Shown: positions 1 through 14,120 of the stretch, in pieces | Layout of the letters: every line of letters starts with the position of its first letter | Position numbering within the stretch: the stretch's first letter is position 1 | Source: Bugula neritina | Lineage: Eukaryota > Animalia > Bryozoa | DNA length: 64,000 bases | NCBI GenBank assembly: GCA_964035545.1 | Contig: OZ037771.1 | Coordinates: 14,569,133-14,633,132 of the forward strand | Reading direction: 5' to 3' | Position numbers and translations under genes: made by a program | Notes under the pieces: model-generated | The model's input: only the letters and a program-made list of their open reading frames with translations | The model's database searches: none | What the model was told of the DNA's origin: nothing

Positions 1-843
1 GTCACTCTATAAATATTCTGTGACTGACAGGGTAGTGGGTATAGCATCCAAGCTCTATGAGTAAGTTGTAGAAATGTAGAAACTCTAGATACTTCTCTTA
101 TAGAAATTCTAATGCACTTTTATCATTATTATTGGTTATATTTTATGTACCTATCATTGCATGCACACAGGTGATTTCTTGCCTATATAATATTATTTTT
201 AGATCTAGTTTTTATGAGATAGGAAACTGGAGATTAGTAACACTTCAAGTCTTACAGTGTTTGCTTGTTTAAATGCAAAAACCGTATAACGCTCAAGGAT
301 TTTATTATTGATTATTGAACTGTTACATAAACCCGCAACAATTGATTCCTATTACAACATTACAAGTTCCTTTGAATTACTTCCCATTAGCATTTTGTAT
401 AGTTTCTCAATCAGCCAATAAAGGTCTCTTTAATCTACTGCAAATTGCTGCAATTCTTTCAAACATTATAATATGTTTTCTGACAGTGAAATGTAGGTGT
501 ATAGGATTAAGCTCCTCTGTTCTAATCTCCTTCTTTAGCTTTCTTTGTCACATACTAAAGTATTTTTTTGATGAAGAAGTTCATCTGAAGTATAGTTTAA
601 TTTGGGAAAGTTCAATATCGCTGTGTCTCTAAATAGAATCACAACATTATTTAATCTTACATTGAATTGTAGCCAAATATATTTTTCTCACCTATCTCCA
701 CTTTGTCCTTACCAACTAAATATAAACTGGCAATCATAGCATTTTCTTTCTATACAACATTTATAATATTTATATTGCATTCATTTTTGTAAGAATAACA
801 TGCATGCATATAATATATAAAAACTACTCTCATTTTGGTTTAG

Positions 844-1679
844 TTTGAATCGAGAAAAACGGCAAAGAGAACTGCTGCGTGTGACCCGTGAAAACCAAGC
901 AGTCCTGCAGCGAATTCTCAACAGGAAGCCGGAGTATCACAGGTCGCAGTGGCAGAAAGACTGGGAGAACAATCTGAAGTTCATGGACAGCATATCTGCC
1001 TATCCTCAGGACTGGTGGGACACGGTGAGTTGTAGAAATGAGTATTACTTTTTCGTTGAGAAATTTCTGCTACATCAGGGAAACTTGTCTTCAAGAAAAG
1101 TATTTCTCAATTAATTTCAGTCCCTAGTAGTTTGACTTGTTTGGTTCTGGTATTCTTGAGATAATAACCAGTTATCGTAATTCAGACAAAAATAATTTGT
1201 AGACTATTTTAGGGAAAGTGGGTAGTTCTATCAAGAGATGCTCGAGTATTACTTTCTCATGGGTTCGACATAATGCTATTCACATTTATATTAGCAGCTA
1301 GAAAGTTCAATCTATCCGCATATAATACGATCCCAACTGTAAAGATAAGCTATAGTGGCAAAGATAAATGTTTGTTAACCTATGCTTAAATTCTATATAA
1401 CATAATACATATAATATAATATACATGATATACATATAACATAATATAATATGATATATTTAATGTAATACACATGATATAAACTAATACATAATATACA
1501 ATACACATAATACATATATATGTTGATCTGTGTAGAAAAAAGACAAGAAAGCTAAGGCGGCCACTCCTCGGGATGATGACAAGAGTGGAGAAAATGAGAC
1601 TAAAAGTCAGCACAGCGCAAAGAGTGAGAAAGAGCCTGCAGAGGAAAAAGATGAGAAAGGGGAAGTAGAAGAATCGTAG
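844..1679 (+). CDS. CFAP97D2: CFAP97D-family (KIAA1430/Hemingway-like domain) gene, last two coding exons 844-1024 and 1536-1679; 5' part outside window
   Basis: Exon 844-1024 (ttag|...acg|gtgagt) encodes LNREKRQRELLRVTRENQAVLQRILNRKPEYHRSQWQKDW...ISAYPQDWW, which I recognise as the CFAP97D C-terminal block. A phase-0 join to 1536 gives a charged tail KKDKKAK...EVEES* (TAG 1677-1679), with AATAAA at 1753. D1 versus D2 orthology cannot be resolved by eye. Confidence 0.75.
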
Positions 1680-3327
1680 ACTAAGTTCCTGTGTTATTAA
1701 CCCTCCCCCCCCCACCGTAAACTACTGAGAAGCTAATCAAGATACATAAGAAAATAAACTATTTTATGATGTATGTTCTATCATAACGTATATCGTGGAA
1801 TATTCATACTGTAATGTGTAGCTCTACGTAGCTGCTTTTATTTTATGACTATATTGCTCAAAGACAACCAAAATTCTATGTTATAAGTGCCTTATGTATT
1901 AATCCATCTTAGCGTTGTATGTTTGGTCATATAATTTTTGGAAAAAACCTTCCCAATATTTTGAAATTTTGTAACTTTTAAATATTATTCTAGTGAACTA
2001 ATTAATTTATTGATATCAATTTTAAATTAGAATATTTAATTTTATTTATACTATTATTATGTTTGAGCCTTCCCCTATTCAGTATCTATTTTCTTATTGT
2101 GTTGTACTACAATAACATGGGCAAACAAACACCAGCTTAGTTGCTAATGAAGTGAATGTTTTCATAAACTGCTATGATGAAGTTTTGTTGTTATGTAAAC
2201 TGAGATTTGGGACATTCACATGACTGGGTGTGTTTGAATAAGACAAAACGATATTGATTATATCTGCAAGTGGAGTAAATAGTCAATAAATTATCAATTA
2301 GCCACACCCCTGGACACTGACATTAATTCATAGTAACAGCTTGCAGGCAATTAGCCACATCTATAGAACAAAGCTCCAGTCTTGTAGGTCGTATGAGTGT
2401 CATGTTATACAACAGCTAGGAAATGCAGTTTATTTAAATTACTTTTATTAATTAAAATTCTCATTAGATATTCTCAAAAGGACAAAATATTTGAAACGAA
2501 ATTAATAAAGATAACCTGTTTAAAAATAGAATTGTCGATTCTTAGATTTCATTAGGAATGAAGATTAAATTTAACAAAATTGTTACCCGAAAACACATTT
2601 GCTTTTGTTCAGTCTTTTACATACTCTAAAAACTATTCCGCATGCAGAAGTAACAAAAACTATAATAGTTCGTTAGAGATTACATGAATAGCAGACAAGC
2701 CAACCAAAATTAAATACAAATCTTGTCAAAAGTGAAAACTGAAAATATGTATAATCATAGAGTTGTCTTTTCTAAAACTACAGGTGAATAAGAATCTAAA
2801 GAGGAGACAACTCAACTGCTAAAATATGCTTAGTAGGAAGATTTTAATCTCAACACAGATATATGAATGAAGTAACAGCTGAAACACTAATATTAGTTGA
2901 AGAATAAATCAGCTTTATTAATAAATTATTATGACCTATTATAGTAAAATCTAGAAAATGAAAAATATTGCAATTGTAAGAAGCAGATATATGGCAACAC
3001 AATTGATTTAATAAAAGGATGGAATTGGGTGTTGAGCAAAGATGTGGCATATAAAACATTGTACTAGGGAATACATTCAATAATACTCGTATATTTCTCG
3101 TTAAAGAGGACTATTTTACTGTAACACCTTTTGATAAATTTAACTTCTACTGTAACACAATTATAAAAACAACTAATTTTTTTCTCGTTCATTTTAGGCA
3201 CTAAAATCAGTATTTCTAAAAATTTAAAAACCCCCAAATCAATTGAACCAACTTATATAATTTAAAACATACTGTACAAAAAAAATATCTGCATCCAAAC
3301 TGACATGTAAAGGACAGAAAACGTAGA

Positions 3328-4822
3328 CTAAGAATCTTTACTGCGAGTTACCAACTTAGCCTTAGCTCTTATCATGCACATAGATGGAAATCCTACAATA
3401 GTGGTCTGGAGAGTCCATTTAACTGTAGTCCAATAGTTCAGTTTAAGTTTTCTAAAAATAAAGCTAATTAATTAATCAAATGTTGGAATATAGTCGAAGT
3501 GAAAGTGGGTGAGTTTGGAAAAGATGACAGCTGGCATGTGACACTGAATATGTGACACTTGACATGTCAGAGCTGGTATGTGGCAGTTGACATGTGACAG
3601 ATGGTGTGTAACACTTGACATATGACAGTTGACATGACAGTTGACATGTGACAGTTGACATGTGACAGTTGACATGACAGTTGACATATGACAGTTGACA
3701 TATGACAGTTGACATATGGTAAATCAGTTGTGACACTTGAAACTCATAGACCAGTGAGTTATTGAAATTTGCTCAACTCTGAGAAATTGAGGTGACATAA
3801 AAACAACAGCCATTTTCTAAGCACTATTATAATTGCTTACAACACATAATATGCATGAGCAGGCAACTGCTTTACAATAATGTTTTGTATGCTTTCTCTA
3901 ATGGGCGGTGACATTGCATTTGAATACAGTTATTTGTAAAAGGAAATGTTTTTGATAAAATATTAGGAGAAGATAATGTTGCTACCTGGTTAAGAGAAAA
4001 GTCCAGCTTCCTTCAAAGATATGAGCAATCAGTGCACCATAGCATCTGCAATATGAGTCAGATAACGAAACATTACAAGCAGCATGATTGGTTAGATAAC
4101 AAAACATTACAAGCAGTGTGATTGGTTAGATGAAGTTCAAATGGTTAACTGGAAGGGTTGATAAATAAGCTGTGATGATAAGATTATAGTCAAGAATGTA
4201 GATATGGATAATGAAATATAAACCCTCAAACAGCAAATATTCATTAAATTCTTAAAAAATTAATCAAAATCATGTATGAATTATTCCAATATCCTAGAGC
4301 ACTGAACTCTAATGTCAATAACATATTTGGTTTCAAGGATCTATGCTTACATCATTTGAAGCAGCGTTGGGTTATCTTCAATCAAATATCGGCAAATTGG
4401 GGAGAGAGGTCCCAGAGAGCTGATGGCTATATCCGGAGCATAGTAAGTGAGCTGAAACCAAAACCTTTAGTATACACGCCAAAAACATGCAAGTATTTTT
4501 TAAATATGCCATTAAAAGATGTCTTTTTAATATTCAGACTGTAGATCTATGTAGTTAAAATGTACACTAAAAATTAGGTCTAAAATCTCGATGAGATGAA
4601 ACGAATCTCCAACTGAAAAATATTTACAGAAAATCCTAAGTTCATACGTTGTAGAAATAAAGCTGATAGAGGTAAAAATATACATGAAAAAGACCCTCTA
4701 CCGAAGATATAAGAACATAGTTAACAAACCCCTAGAGCACCCAGCCCAGAGAGGATAACAGCCCAGTATCCTGGGTGAGGGGTGCGAAACCAATCAGGGG
4801 GTACAGTTGCCTTGCTACTCAT
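3328..4822 (-). CDS. TMEM254: TMEM254 (DUF4499) copy A, 125 aa; exons 4822-4730, 4451-4351, 4045-3986, 3451-3328
   Basis: Spliced product MSSKATVPPDWFRTPHPGYWAVILSGLGALG-LTYYAPDIAISSLGPLSPICRYLIEDNPTLLQMI-CYGALIAHIFEGSWTFLLTR-KLKLNYWTTVKWTLQTTIVGFPSMCMIRAKAKLVTRSKDS*. It has the LGPL, HxxE and WxLQT motifs and three hydrophobic segments typical of TMEM254. Canonical GT-AG; 93+101+60+124=378 nt. Confidence 0.85.
3525..3740. repeat. Intronic minisatellite (tgacagttgacatg-like units) in TMEM254-A intron 3
   Basis: Repeated gacagttgacatgt/gacagttgacatat units; source of spurious ORFs 3472-3736. Confidence 0.9.
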
Positions 4823-5550
4823 TATAGGTGACTCTCGGCAGCTAAAAAACCAAACATCAAACATTATGTGACATAATAATAAATACTCAAATAAAATAAT
4901 TTTAATTAAAAACATGCAATATTAGTACACAATGACAGGGAGTGATTTGAAATTCAATAAGTAGAAGCATAACACTATAATATACAAATTTATAATTTGC
5001 AGAGATAATTTGTCTAAATTTGAACTGCCTTGTACAGAGACTAACATAGTTTAATTTTAATACGAAATTTATTCTTAGTTTTAAGTAATATAATATAATT
5101 AGTAATTATGAAACCAATAACTAGTAACCGAATCATTATCACTATCAATATGTCTATTACTGATAATGACGGTGCATGCGGTCTAAAGTAGTTTTGTGAC
5201 TATAACACAGCATGAGTGTGAGTATACTAAAAAGTTAGTAGGATATTCAATTATATTGAACCTATTAAGTGGAGAAAGATTGAGATTGAACCGCTAAAAC
5301 TACTGTGATATTAATAACTATAACTGAGTATAAAGCATAAGAACTACCAATGATACTAGTAGTAGTACTAGTAGTTGTCAACCTTGAATAGTCAGCTAGT
5401 AAAATAATAATTATATAAACTTAAAGTTAGAATACAAAATTATGATATAAAATATAATTATAATATAATATAAATGTTATTTAATTATTTGTTACAATAA
5501 TAATTACCCATCAAATTCAATCACAAGGAACGAGAAAGAATTATTATCAA

Positions 5551-7180
5551 TTATTACCTCAGTTTATTACCTCAGTTTATTACCTCAGTTGAGGTAGGAC
5601 TTCCGCAGCAACTGGAAAGCCTATAGGGAAGCCTCTAGTGACAACTTACATTAGACCAGGGTTAGCACTAGTTACAGCATTTGCTGTTTTGTAATTAGTT
5701 ATTATATTCTCTGTGCAATTCAGGAATTGTTCATGGCAGAAAACTAGTGTGGAATATGTTTTTCCTAATTGATATAGAGATAAGCTCTCCTCTGGCAGCC
5801 GCTCGAGTGGTGACAGTTACAAGCTCCCTGTCTTCAATAACCTCATCATAGGCTCCGGATAAAGATCAGTGTTGATCCTCATTTTGAAGAATTCGGATCA
5901 GTAAACACAGTCGATGATTTTCTCGTCTGTCGTCCAGCGACCGGAGTCCTAACTCATCCCTCGCCTCAGATACACTGTCAGTGTGCTCCTTCAGATTGCT
6001 TATGAACAGTATGGCACTGTTCTGGATCAGCTCTCTATCATGCACCTTGCTTCTAGCCACAGGATCCCAAACCACATCTGCACAATCAAGTATAGGCTTA
6101 CATAGACATGTATAAGCCAGTAGCTTAGCATCTTTTGGGGCATCATGCATCAAGTGCTTGATCCCGCCAAGAACTTTCCGGGATTTGGTACACTATATTA
6201 TTTATATGCTGATCAAATATTAGGTCTGACTGGATGGTTACCCCAAGGTATTCAGTGCTTTCTGCCCACGCAAGGCATGTGGTACCGAGTTTGTAATGTG
6301 ATATGGGGGTTACTTTACCAAAATTAATTGCTTGGCATTTCTTTTCATTGAAGGGCATTTTCCATTTTATAGACCACTCACATACAGCGTTAATGTTAGT
6401 TTGGAATAGTTCTGCATCCTTAGTGGTGTTCACAGTTTGGTAAAGTAGGGTATCATCAGCATAGAGGCTAACTTTACATGACAGCAAATCCGGAAGATCA
6501 TTTATATAGCACAAAAACAGGATTGGTCCTAGCACAGAGCCCTGCGGCACTCCTGAGGTTACTCGGCACTTTTGACAGCTTGTCCCTCTTAGTACAACAG
6601 ACTGCTGTTGGTCGGAAAGGAAGTCAAGTATCTAGTCAAGGAGGTATCCGTTTATACCAGGTATCTCTTGCAATTTTTGGAGCAACATAAGGTGAGGTAC
6701 TTTGTCAAAAGACTTTTTAATTGAAATCCATAACTACTGCATGGGTAAGGCCTAGTATGTCCTTCATCGGCTGCTTTTACTAGGTCATGGTAGGTAACAC
6801 ACAGTTGAGTTTGGCAGGACAGTTCTCTCCTGAAACCATGCTGTCGATGATGAAGCACACTGTCAAGCTTTTCATTGAGGTGATGAAGCAGGAAATACTT
6901 GTCAGGGATATGGGCCTAAAGTTGTTTGGGAGATTCACTGTCTCCGCCTTTATGTATTCGTGTGACATTTGCAAGTTTCCACTGTTTTGGCAGTCTACCT
7001 GTGTCTAAGGAATTTTTGTAGATCAGAGCAAGACATCTTGCAGTACCCTCCAAGTCTACGAGCATGTCAGGCTTTCGAATTCCATCATTTGGCAAATTTT
7101 AGATTAGTTTGGCAACCCCTTCTGGTGTAACACCAATGGAATCCTGGGCATCGGTTTCGATCCTTGAGAAGTCTTCTGCC
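5551..7180 (-). mobile_element. 5'-truncated, frameshifted non-LTR retrotransposon (CR1/L2-type reverse transcriptase)
   Basis: Fragments in several frames: NFRPISLTSISC, QHGFRRELSCQTQL, PQGSVLGPILFLCYINDL, YADDT, WKMPFNEKKC. The 3' end has three tandem ttattacctcagt units (5551-5590). The element is absent from the equivalent site of duplicate copy B (about 11800). Confidence 0.9.
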
Positions 7181-9464
7181 ATATAATATAATTATATTAT
7201 ATTTATTATCATTATGATTATGCAGGTTTAATAAGCCGTTTATATATCAACATGAACATGAATAAAACTTTATAGAATTTAAATCAAACAATAATCACTA
7301 ATCAGTAATTATAAATGTAACAGTAATGGTGAAGTAAAAGAAAAACTCTGAAAATAAATGTTAAACCAAAACTAAAACTAAAAGTAAAAGTAAAACCAAC
7401 AGCACATTGTGATTGAGTATTGACTCATACTCATAGTCATTGAGTTTGACATTACCTTACGCCTTACGGTTACCAGGTCACAAATACATTATACATGCAC
7501 CTAAAGTAAGTGATTCAAAACTGCAATTGTTGTTGATGCTCAAATCGATTAATTTACAATTTTAGCAAGACATGTGCTCTAGGCCTATCCTACTAGTTGA
7601 AGTTACTAGTAATAACTTTTGATGAAAGTGAAAGTCAAACTCAAAGTAAAAGCAATATCGAAACTTTGCAATTCAAGGACATCCAAAGGTAAACGCAGTG
7701 CGCTTATGTAGAGGGAACACAACTACTAGTTCATCGTTACGTCAAAATATTGACATTAGTGCGATATAATGTTATTCACATATAATGCTCCCAACTGTAA
7801 ATATAAGCTATAGTGGCAATAATAGAGTATGCTAACCTATGTTTAAGTTCTATATAACATAAAACATATACTATAATACATATAATATAATATATATGAT
7901 ATAAACTAATACATATAATACCATATAAGCTAATTATACATATAATGCAATACATATAATATCATATATATGATATAAACTAATACATATAATATAATAT
8001 AATACATATAATATAATATACATGATATAAACTAATTTGGGATATTCACATGATACTGGATGTGTTTGAATAAGACAAAGATATATTGATTATATCTGCA
8101 TGTGGAGTTATAGATAATCAATAATTAATTATTGATTATAGCCACACCCCTGGACACTGACATTGATTCATATTAACCTTGCAGTCAATTAGTTACATGA
8201 TCTATAGAACAAAGCTCCAGTCTTGTAGGTCGTGTTATACCACAGCTGGGAAATGCAATTTATTTAAATTACTTTTATTAATTAAAGCTCTCATTAGCTT
8301 ACCACTGAAGGAAAAAGTAGCCACCAAGTTTCATTGAAATAACGATGACCTGTTTTCAACAATAGTTGTTGATTTTTAAAATTTAATAACTATAACCACA
8401 AAAATTAACTTGAACAAAATTGTTACCCTGACACACATTTCCTATTGACCAGTCTTTTACATACTCTTAAAAAACTTATTCTCGGAAGCAACAACAATAA
8501 TTTATTTCGTTAGATATCAAATGGAAAGCAGACGGACCCACCAAAATGTTAAATACGTCAAATCTTGTAGGAAGTGAAAACTGAATGCTGTGTGATCAAG
8601 GAGTTATCTTTCCTAAAGCTACGCGTTTATTAGAATCAGAAGAAAAGACAACTCAACTGCAAAGATACCCATAGTGGGATGATTTCAACATTACAAATGA
8701 ATGAAGTAATTGCTGGAAGACTATATATAAAATATTATTTGAAGAAATAAATCAGCTTTATTAGTTAATCATTGCAAAAGAGATAAAAAAAACTACCCTG
8801 TTTGTTCACGAATGACAATACTATGTTATAATATACACAGTTAACTTCATTCAAAAATTCTCTGAAAAATTTATATTTTGGCATATCACAGGAAAATCTA
8901 AGAGATGATAATGATTGCAATTATAAGAAGCAAATATATGCAATGCAAATAATTTAATAAAAGGATGGAGCTGCGTGATGAGCAAAGATGTGGCATATCA
9001 AATAATGCACTAGTGACTAGGGAATACATTCAGTAATACTAGTATATGTATCTTTATAGAGGAGTACAAAAACGCCTCACAATCACAGTCACGATTATAA
9101 AAACAATTACGTTTTTCTCATTCATTTTAGGCACTAAAATCATACCTTCTAAACATTTAAAATTAGTTAAACTAACCTATATAATTTAAAACATATTAAC
9201 CATAATGAATAAAAAAATTATTTTATTTTACTGTAACACCTCATAAGGCCTCTTTTTGTAAAATAACTTCTACAGTAACACGATTATAAAAAAACAACTA
9301 CCTTTTTAGTTCATTTTTGGCACTGAAATTATTAATTTCAAAAAATTAAAAAAAACAAATTGATTAAACTAACTTAGATAATTTAAATCAAAGTAGGCCT
9401 AACCATAATTGAATACAGAAAACACTTGTATTCAAACCGACATGTAGAGGACAGGAAACACAGA

Positions 9465-11052
9465 CTAAGAGTCTTTACTGCGAGTTACCAACTTAGCCTT
9501 AGCTCTTATCATGCGCATAGATAAAACTCCTAAAATAGTGGTCTGGAGAGTCCATTTAACTGTAGTCCAATAGTTCAGCTTGAGTTTCCTAAAAATAAAA
9601 TCAACTAATTAATCAAATGTGAGAATGTTGTTGATGTGAAAGTGAGTTTGGAAGAGATGAAAAGCCAAGTGACTGACAGTTGGCATTTGACACTTGACAT
9701 GTGGCACTTGACATGTGGCACTTGACATGTGACACTTGACATGTGACACACGGCATTTGGTGTGTGATAGTTGACATGTGACATTAGATAAGTAAGACTA
9801 GACATGTGACACTTGACATGTGACATTTGGTGTAGGACACGTGACATTTGGTGTGTGGTAGTTGACATGTGACACTAGACAAGTGACACTAGACAAGTGA
9901 CACTAGACAAGTGACACTAGACATGTGACACTAGACAAGTGACACTAGACATGTGACACTTAGTGTGTGGCAGTTGACATGTGACACATGAAATTCATAG
10001 ACTAGTGAGTTATTGGAGTTGTCACCACAATTCTGAGAAATTGAGGTGAAATAAACTTAGAAAATACAGCAATTTTCTAAGCATTATCATAATTGCTTAC
10101 ATCACATATTACGCGCGAGAAGACAACTGCTTTATACCAATTGCTCATCAATGTTTTGTATCCTATATCTAATGGAGAGTAACACTCGAATACAGATCAT
10201 TGTAAAAGAAAATGCTTTTGATAAAATATTGGTAAAAGACATTACAACCTTGTTAAGAAAAAAGTCCAGCTTCCTTCAAAGATATGAATAAGCACCGTAC
10301 CACAGCATCTGCAATATGAGTCAGATGACAAAATATCACAAGCAATGTAGTTGGCTAGATAAAGTTCAAATGGTTAACTCGAAGGGTTGATAAATAAGCT
10401 GTGATGATAAGATTAGAGTCAAGGATGTAGATACGATAATGAAATATAAACCCTCAAACAGCAAATATTCATCAAATTCTTAAACAATTAATCAAAATCA
10501 TGTATGAATTATTCCAATCTCCTAGAGCACTGAACTCTAATGTCAATAATATATTTGGTTTCAAGGATCTATGCTTACATCATTTGAAGCAGTGTCGGGT
10601 TATCTTCAATCAAATATCGACAAATTGGGGAGAGAGGTCCCAGAGAGCTGATGGCTATATCCGGAGCATAATAAGTGAGCTGAAACCAAAACCTTGAGTA
10701 TTACATGCCAAAACATGCAAGTATTTTCTAAATGAAACATTAAAATATGTCTCTTTATTACTCAGACTGTAGATCTATGTAATTAAAATGCAGATTAAAA
10801 ATTAGGTCTAAAAATCTTGATGCGGTGAAACGAATCCCCAAATGAAAAGTATTTACAGAAAAAACCTGATTTCATAGGTTGTAGATATAAAGTCGGAGAA
10901 ATAGACATATACAAGAAAAAAGAACCCCCTCCAAAGATATAAAAACATAATTAACGAACCCCTAGAGCACCCAGCCCAGAGAGGATAACAGCCCAGTAAC
11001 CTGGGTGAGGAGTGCGGAACCAATCAGGGGACACAGTTGCCTTGCTACTCAT
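9465..11052 (-). CDS. TMEM254: TMEM254 copy B, 125 aa; exons 11052-10960, 10679-10579, 10308-10249, 9588-9465
   Basis: Same exon sizes (93/101/60/124) and splice sites as copy A; open frame to TAG at 9465-9467. Confidence 0.85.
9670..9990. repeat. Intronic minisatellite (gacacttgacatgt / gacactagacaagt) in TMEM254-B intron 3
   Basis: 14-bp units homologous to the copy-A array but independently expanded. Confidence 0.9.
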
Positions 11053-13198
11053 TATAGGTGATGCTCCACAGCTAAAGAACCAACATCAAACATCATGTGA
11101 CATAATAATAAATACTCAAATAAAATTTTTTTAATTCCAAACAAGCAATATTACTATATAATGAGAGGAAGTGGTTTAGAATTCAATAAGTAACCTATGC
11201 TAGAGGTGTAGTGACACACTAAACATGGACGCCATAGGTTAGAGATCTATCCATTAATTGTCTCAATAACATTATAATATACAAATTTATAATTTGCAGA
11301 GGTGCTTTGTTTAAATTTGAACTGTCTTGTAGAGACTAGCATAGTTTAATCCCAATGCGAAACTGTTTGGTAAAAATTTATTTTTAGTTTCAAGTAGTAT
11401 AATATAATTAGTAATTATGAAACCAATAACTAATAACCAAATCATCATCACCATCAAATTCAATATGTCTATAACTATTACTGATAATGACGGTACATGC
11501 AGTCTAAAGTAGCTTTGAGACTAGTAATATACAGTGAGTGAGTATATTAGTGTGAGTGTGAGTATACTAAAAAGCTAGTAAGAGATTCAGTTATATTGAA
11601 TCTATTAAGTTTAGGTAGGGAAAGATTGAGATCGAACCGCTGAAACTACTGTGTCCTGTGACACTAATAACCATAAGTATAAGGCATAAGAACTATCAAG
11701 GATACTACTACTAGTAGTTGTCAACCTTGCATAGTCATAGTGAGCTAGAAAAATAATAATTATATAAATTTAAAGTTGAACTACAAAATTATGATATAAA
11801 ATATTATATCAACATGAATATAACTTTGTAGGATTTAAATCAAACAGTAATCACTAATCTGTAATTGTAAATGTAACAGTAATGGTAAAGTAAAAGAAAA
11901 ACTCTAAAACTAAAAGTAAAACTAAAATTAAAGCAAATGTAAAACTGAAAGTAAAAGCACACGGTTACCAGGTCACAGACACATGCACCTAAATGCAAGT
12001 GATTCAAAACTGTAATTGTTGCTGATGCACAAATCGATTAATTTACAACTTTTAGCAAGACCTGTGCTCAAGGCCTATCTTACTAGTAATAACTTTTGAT
12101 GAAAATGAAAGTCAAACTCAAAGTAAAAGCAATATCGAAACTTTTGCAGGAGGCTTTTGCAATTCAAGGACATCCAAAGGTAATGTGTAAACGCTGCGGG
12201 CTTTTGTAGAGGGAATACAACAATTAGTTCACCGTTACGTTATTAGAATTTAGGCTAGAGTTATTTTAGCTCTTGAACTAAAATAGAGCGAGTAAGCTTT
12301 TAACAACTTGACCTTTTTTAATTCGTTTCCCGTTGCAGTTGTTCGAAGACAAATTGGTGTCACTTCACACATACTCTTAGTATTAGTTGGTTAGTTAGTA
12401 GTTTAACTCTAAGTATATTAGTGATATTTATTGAGGCAGATTACTTGCTATAATTAGTGCAAACTACAAGTTAAACCTAATGAGTTAAATATATGTAAAA
12501 TAGTTTCATATAGTGACAACATAGTACTCGATCAATACCACTCACACTGTCAGTGTCAGTGTAACTGTAACTGTAAGACTAAGTGTTGCATTCTGATTCA
12601 GTTTCACTTTCACCATGACTATGAGTATGACTTATGAGTGATACTCATTGAGATTTAAATTGTCAAACAGTAGCTATAGTATAAGTGTAGCAATGACACT
12701 GTTCCTGTTCACTGTCCGTACCCTTGTCATGCAGTGTGAGTGGGACCAGTGGCAGTGTTTAATATTATTCAATTCTATGACTTAATTTTTTTTTCATTTA
12801 TAATTATTAATCTTAGAGTAAAAGTTAGAGTGTAAGATTTAACCTTGTGACTTATCAAGATTAGTATCACCTGTTTATTACTTCAAATCTATAATTATTT
12901 AACCAATCTTGATATCGTAGTGAAAATGATACTAATGATCATAGTCATACTGATACAAACACTCATCTGAAATGCATTCGCTCAACTGTTTAGATATTTG
13001 CTAGTGGTTTTAGTGGTATTACTGCTAAGTTCTTATGGAAAAAAGTTGTAGTAGTGGAGGTAGCAACACTTTTTACAGCAACAGTTGACATTGTACCAGC
13101 TATTGTCTAGTTTTGCATCAGCAGATTATCTTTTGGAGTCGTTATCTAATTCATTATTTGAGAAATATGAGCACCTCCTTTGTTTTCTCCCTGTAGCT

Positions 13199-14071
13199 AT
13201 GGACCGCCAACAATGGTACGATGATATGGGATACCCATCCCCGTATGCCCAGTACAATACAGACTCAGCTTACACCTATGATCAGGAGCTTAGTTCAAGG
13301 CCTTCATACAACTACAACCAAGGTTATACTCAAGGCCGTAACGAGCCTTGGTCACCTCAAGATAGTTATCACACCTCTCTCCGTGAACCCACTTCTATGA
13401 GTTACCATAGCAACACGATGCACAATCCCTCCTACTCACAGAATCATGCTGACGCTGACACTGGCTATGACCAACTTCCTGTCGCTGATTTGCCTCTGTA
13501 TGAACTTCCACCACAATATGTGCCGAGAGCCGACGTAAGTCAGCCTGCTCTCTCAGTCAGCAAATTTAAAGGCAGCTGTTTTAGTGTATAGTGTATCTGT
13601 TGATTAGAAAATTTATAGTTTTTTCTTCTTATTGAGGTACTATTTTTGTGTTTTATTTTTTTTACATTTTTAGCGGCGCCTCCATCCTGATTATTCAAGT
13701 GACATCAGAAAGTTCCGGAACAGAACTGTTCACTTGAAACGCAACAAACCTTCAGATCAGGTAGCGGCAGCCATCATGACCTGTGTCAACTTATACTATG
13801 TTGGCACACTTACAAGTGCTTGCCCACATGTGTCAATGTTGCGTTTTCCTTCTTTGATCTACTTTTACTTGAAATATTTGTTATTCAATCTAAATATGTG
13901 TTTTTGTTTGAAAAAATATTGGATGATGTGAAATATTGCATAAATTTTTACTGTTTGGTTTTAGCTTGGCTTCAATGTGCGTGGTGGAGCAGAGCATAGG
14001 TGTGGCATCTTCATCTCAAAGGTTAGGCTAATATACGTTTATATGTAGCCTGTGTGAGCGTGTGCGCGCGC

Positions 14072-14120
<49 letters not shown>

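Larger units (their letters stand above)
1270..12240. repeat. Tandem segmental duplication: copy A about 1270-7742, copy B about 7765-12240
   Basis: Colinear matches: tcccaactgtaaa.ataagctatagtggca at about 1331 and 7789; tttggga.attcacatga at about 2206 and 8036; all TMEM254 exons; tagttca.cgttacgt ending at 7742 and 12240. Confidence 0.9.

Noticed and set aside
4272-4544. Duplicated plus-strand ORF MYELFQ... (also 10500-10697)
   Set aside because: Antisense to TMEM254 exon 2; the similarity is explained by the duplication.
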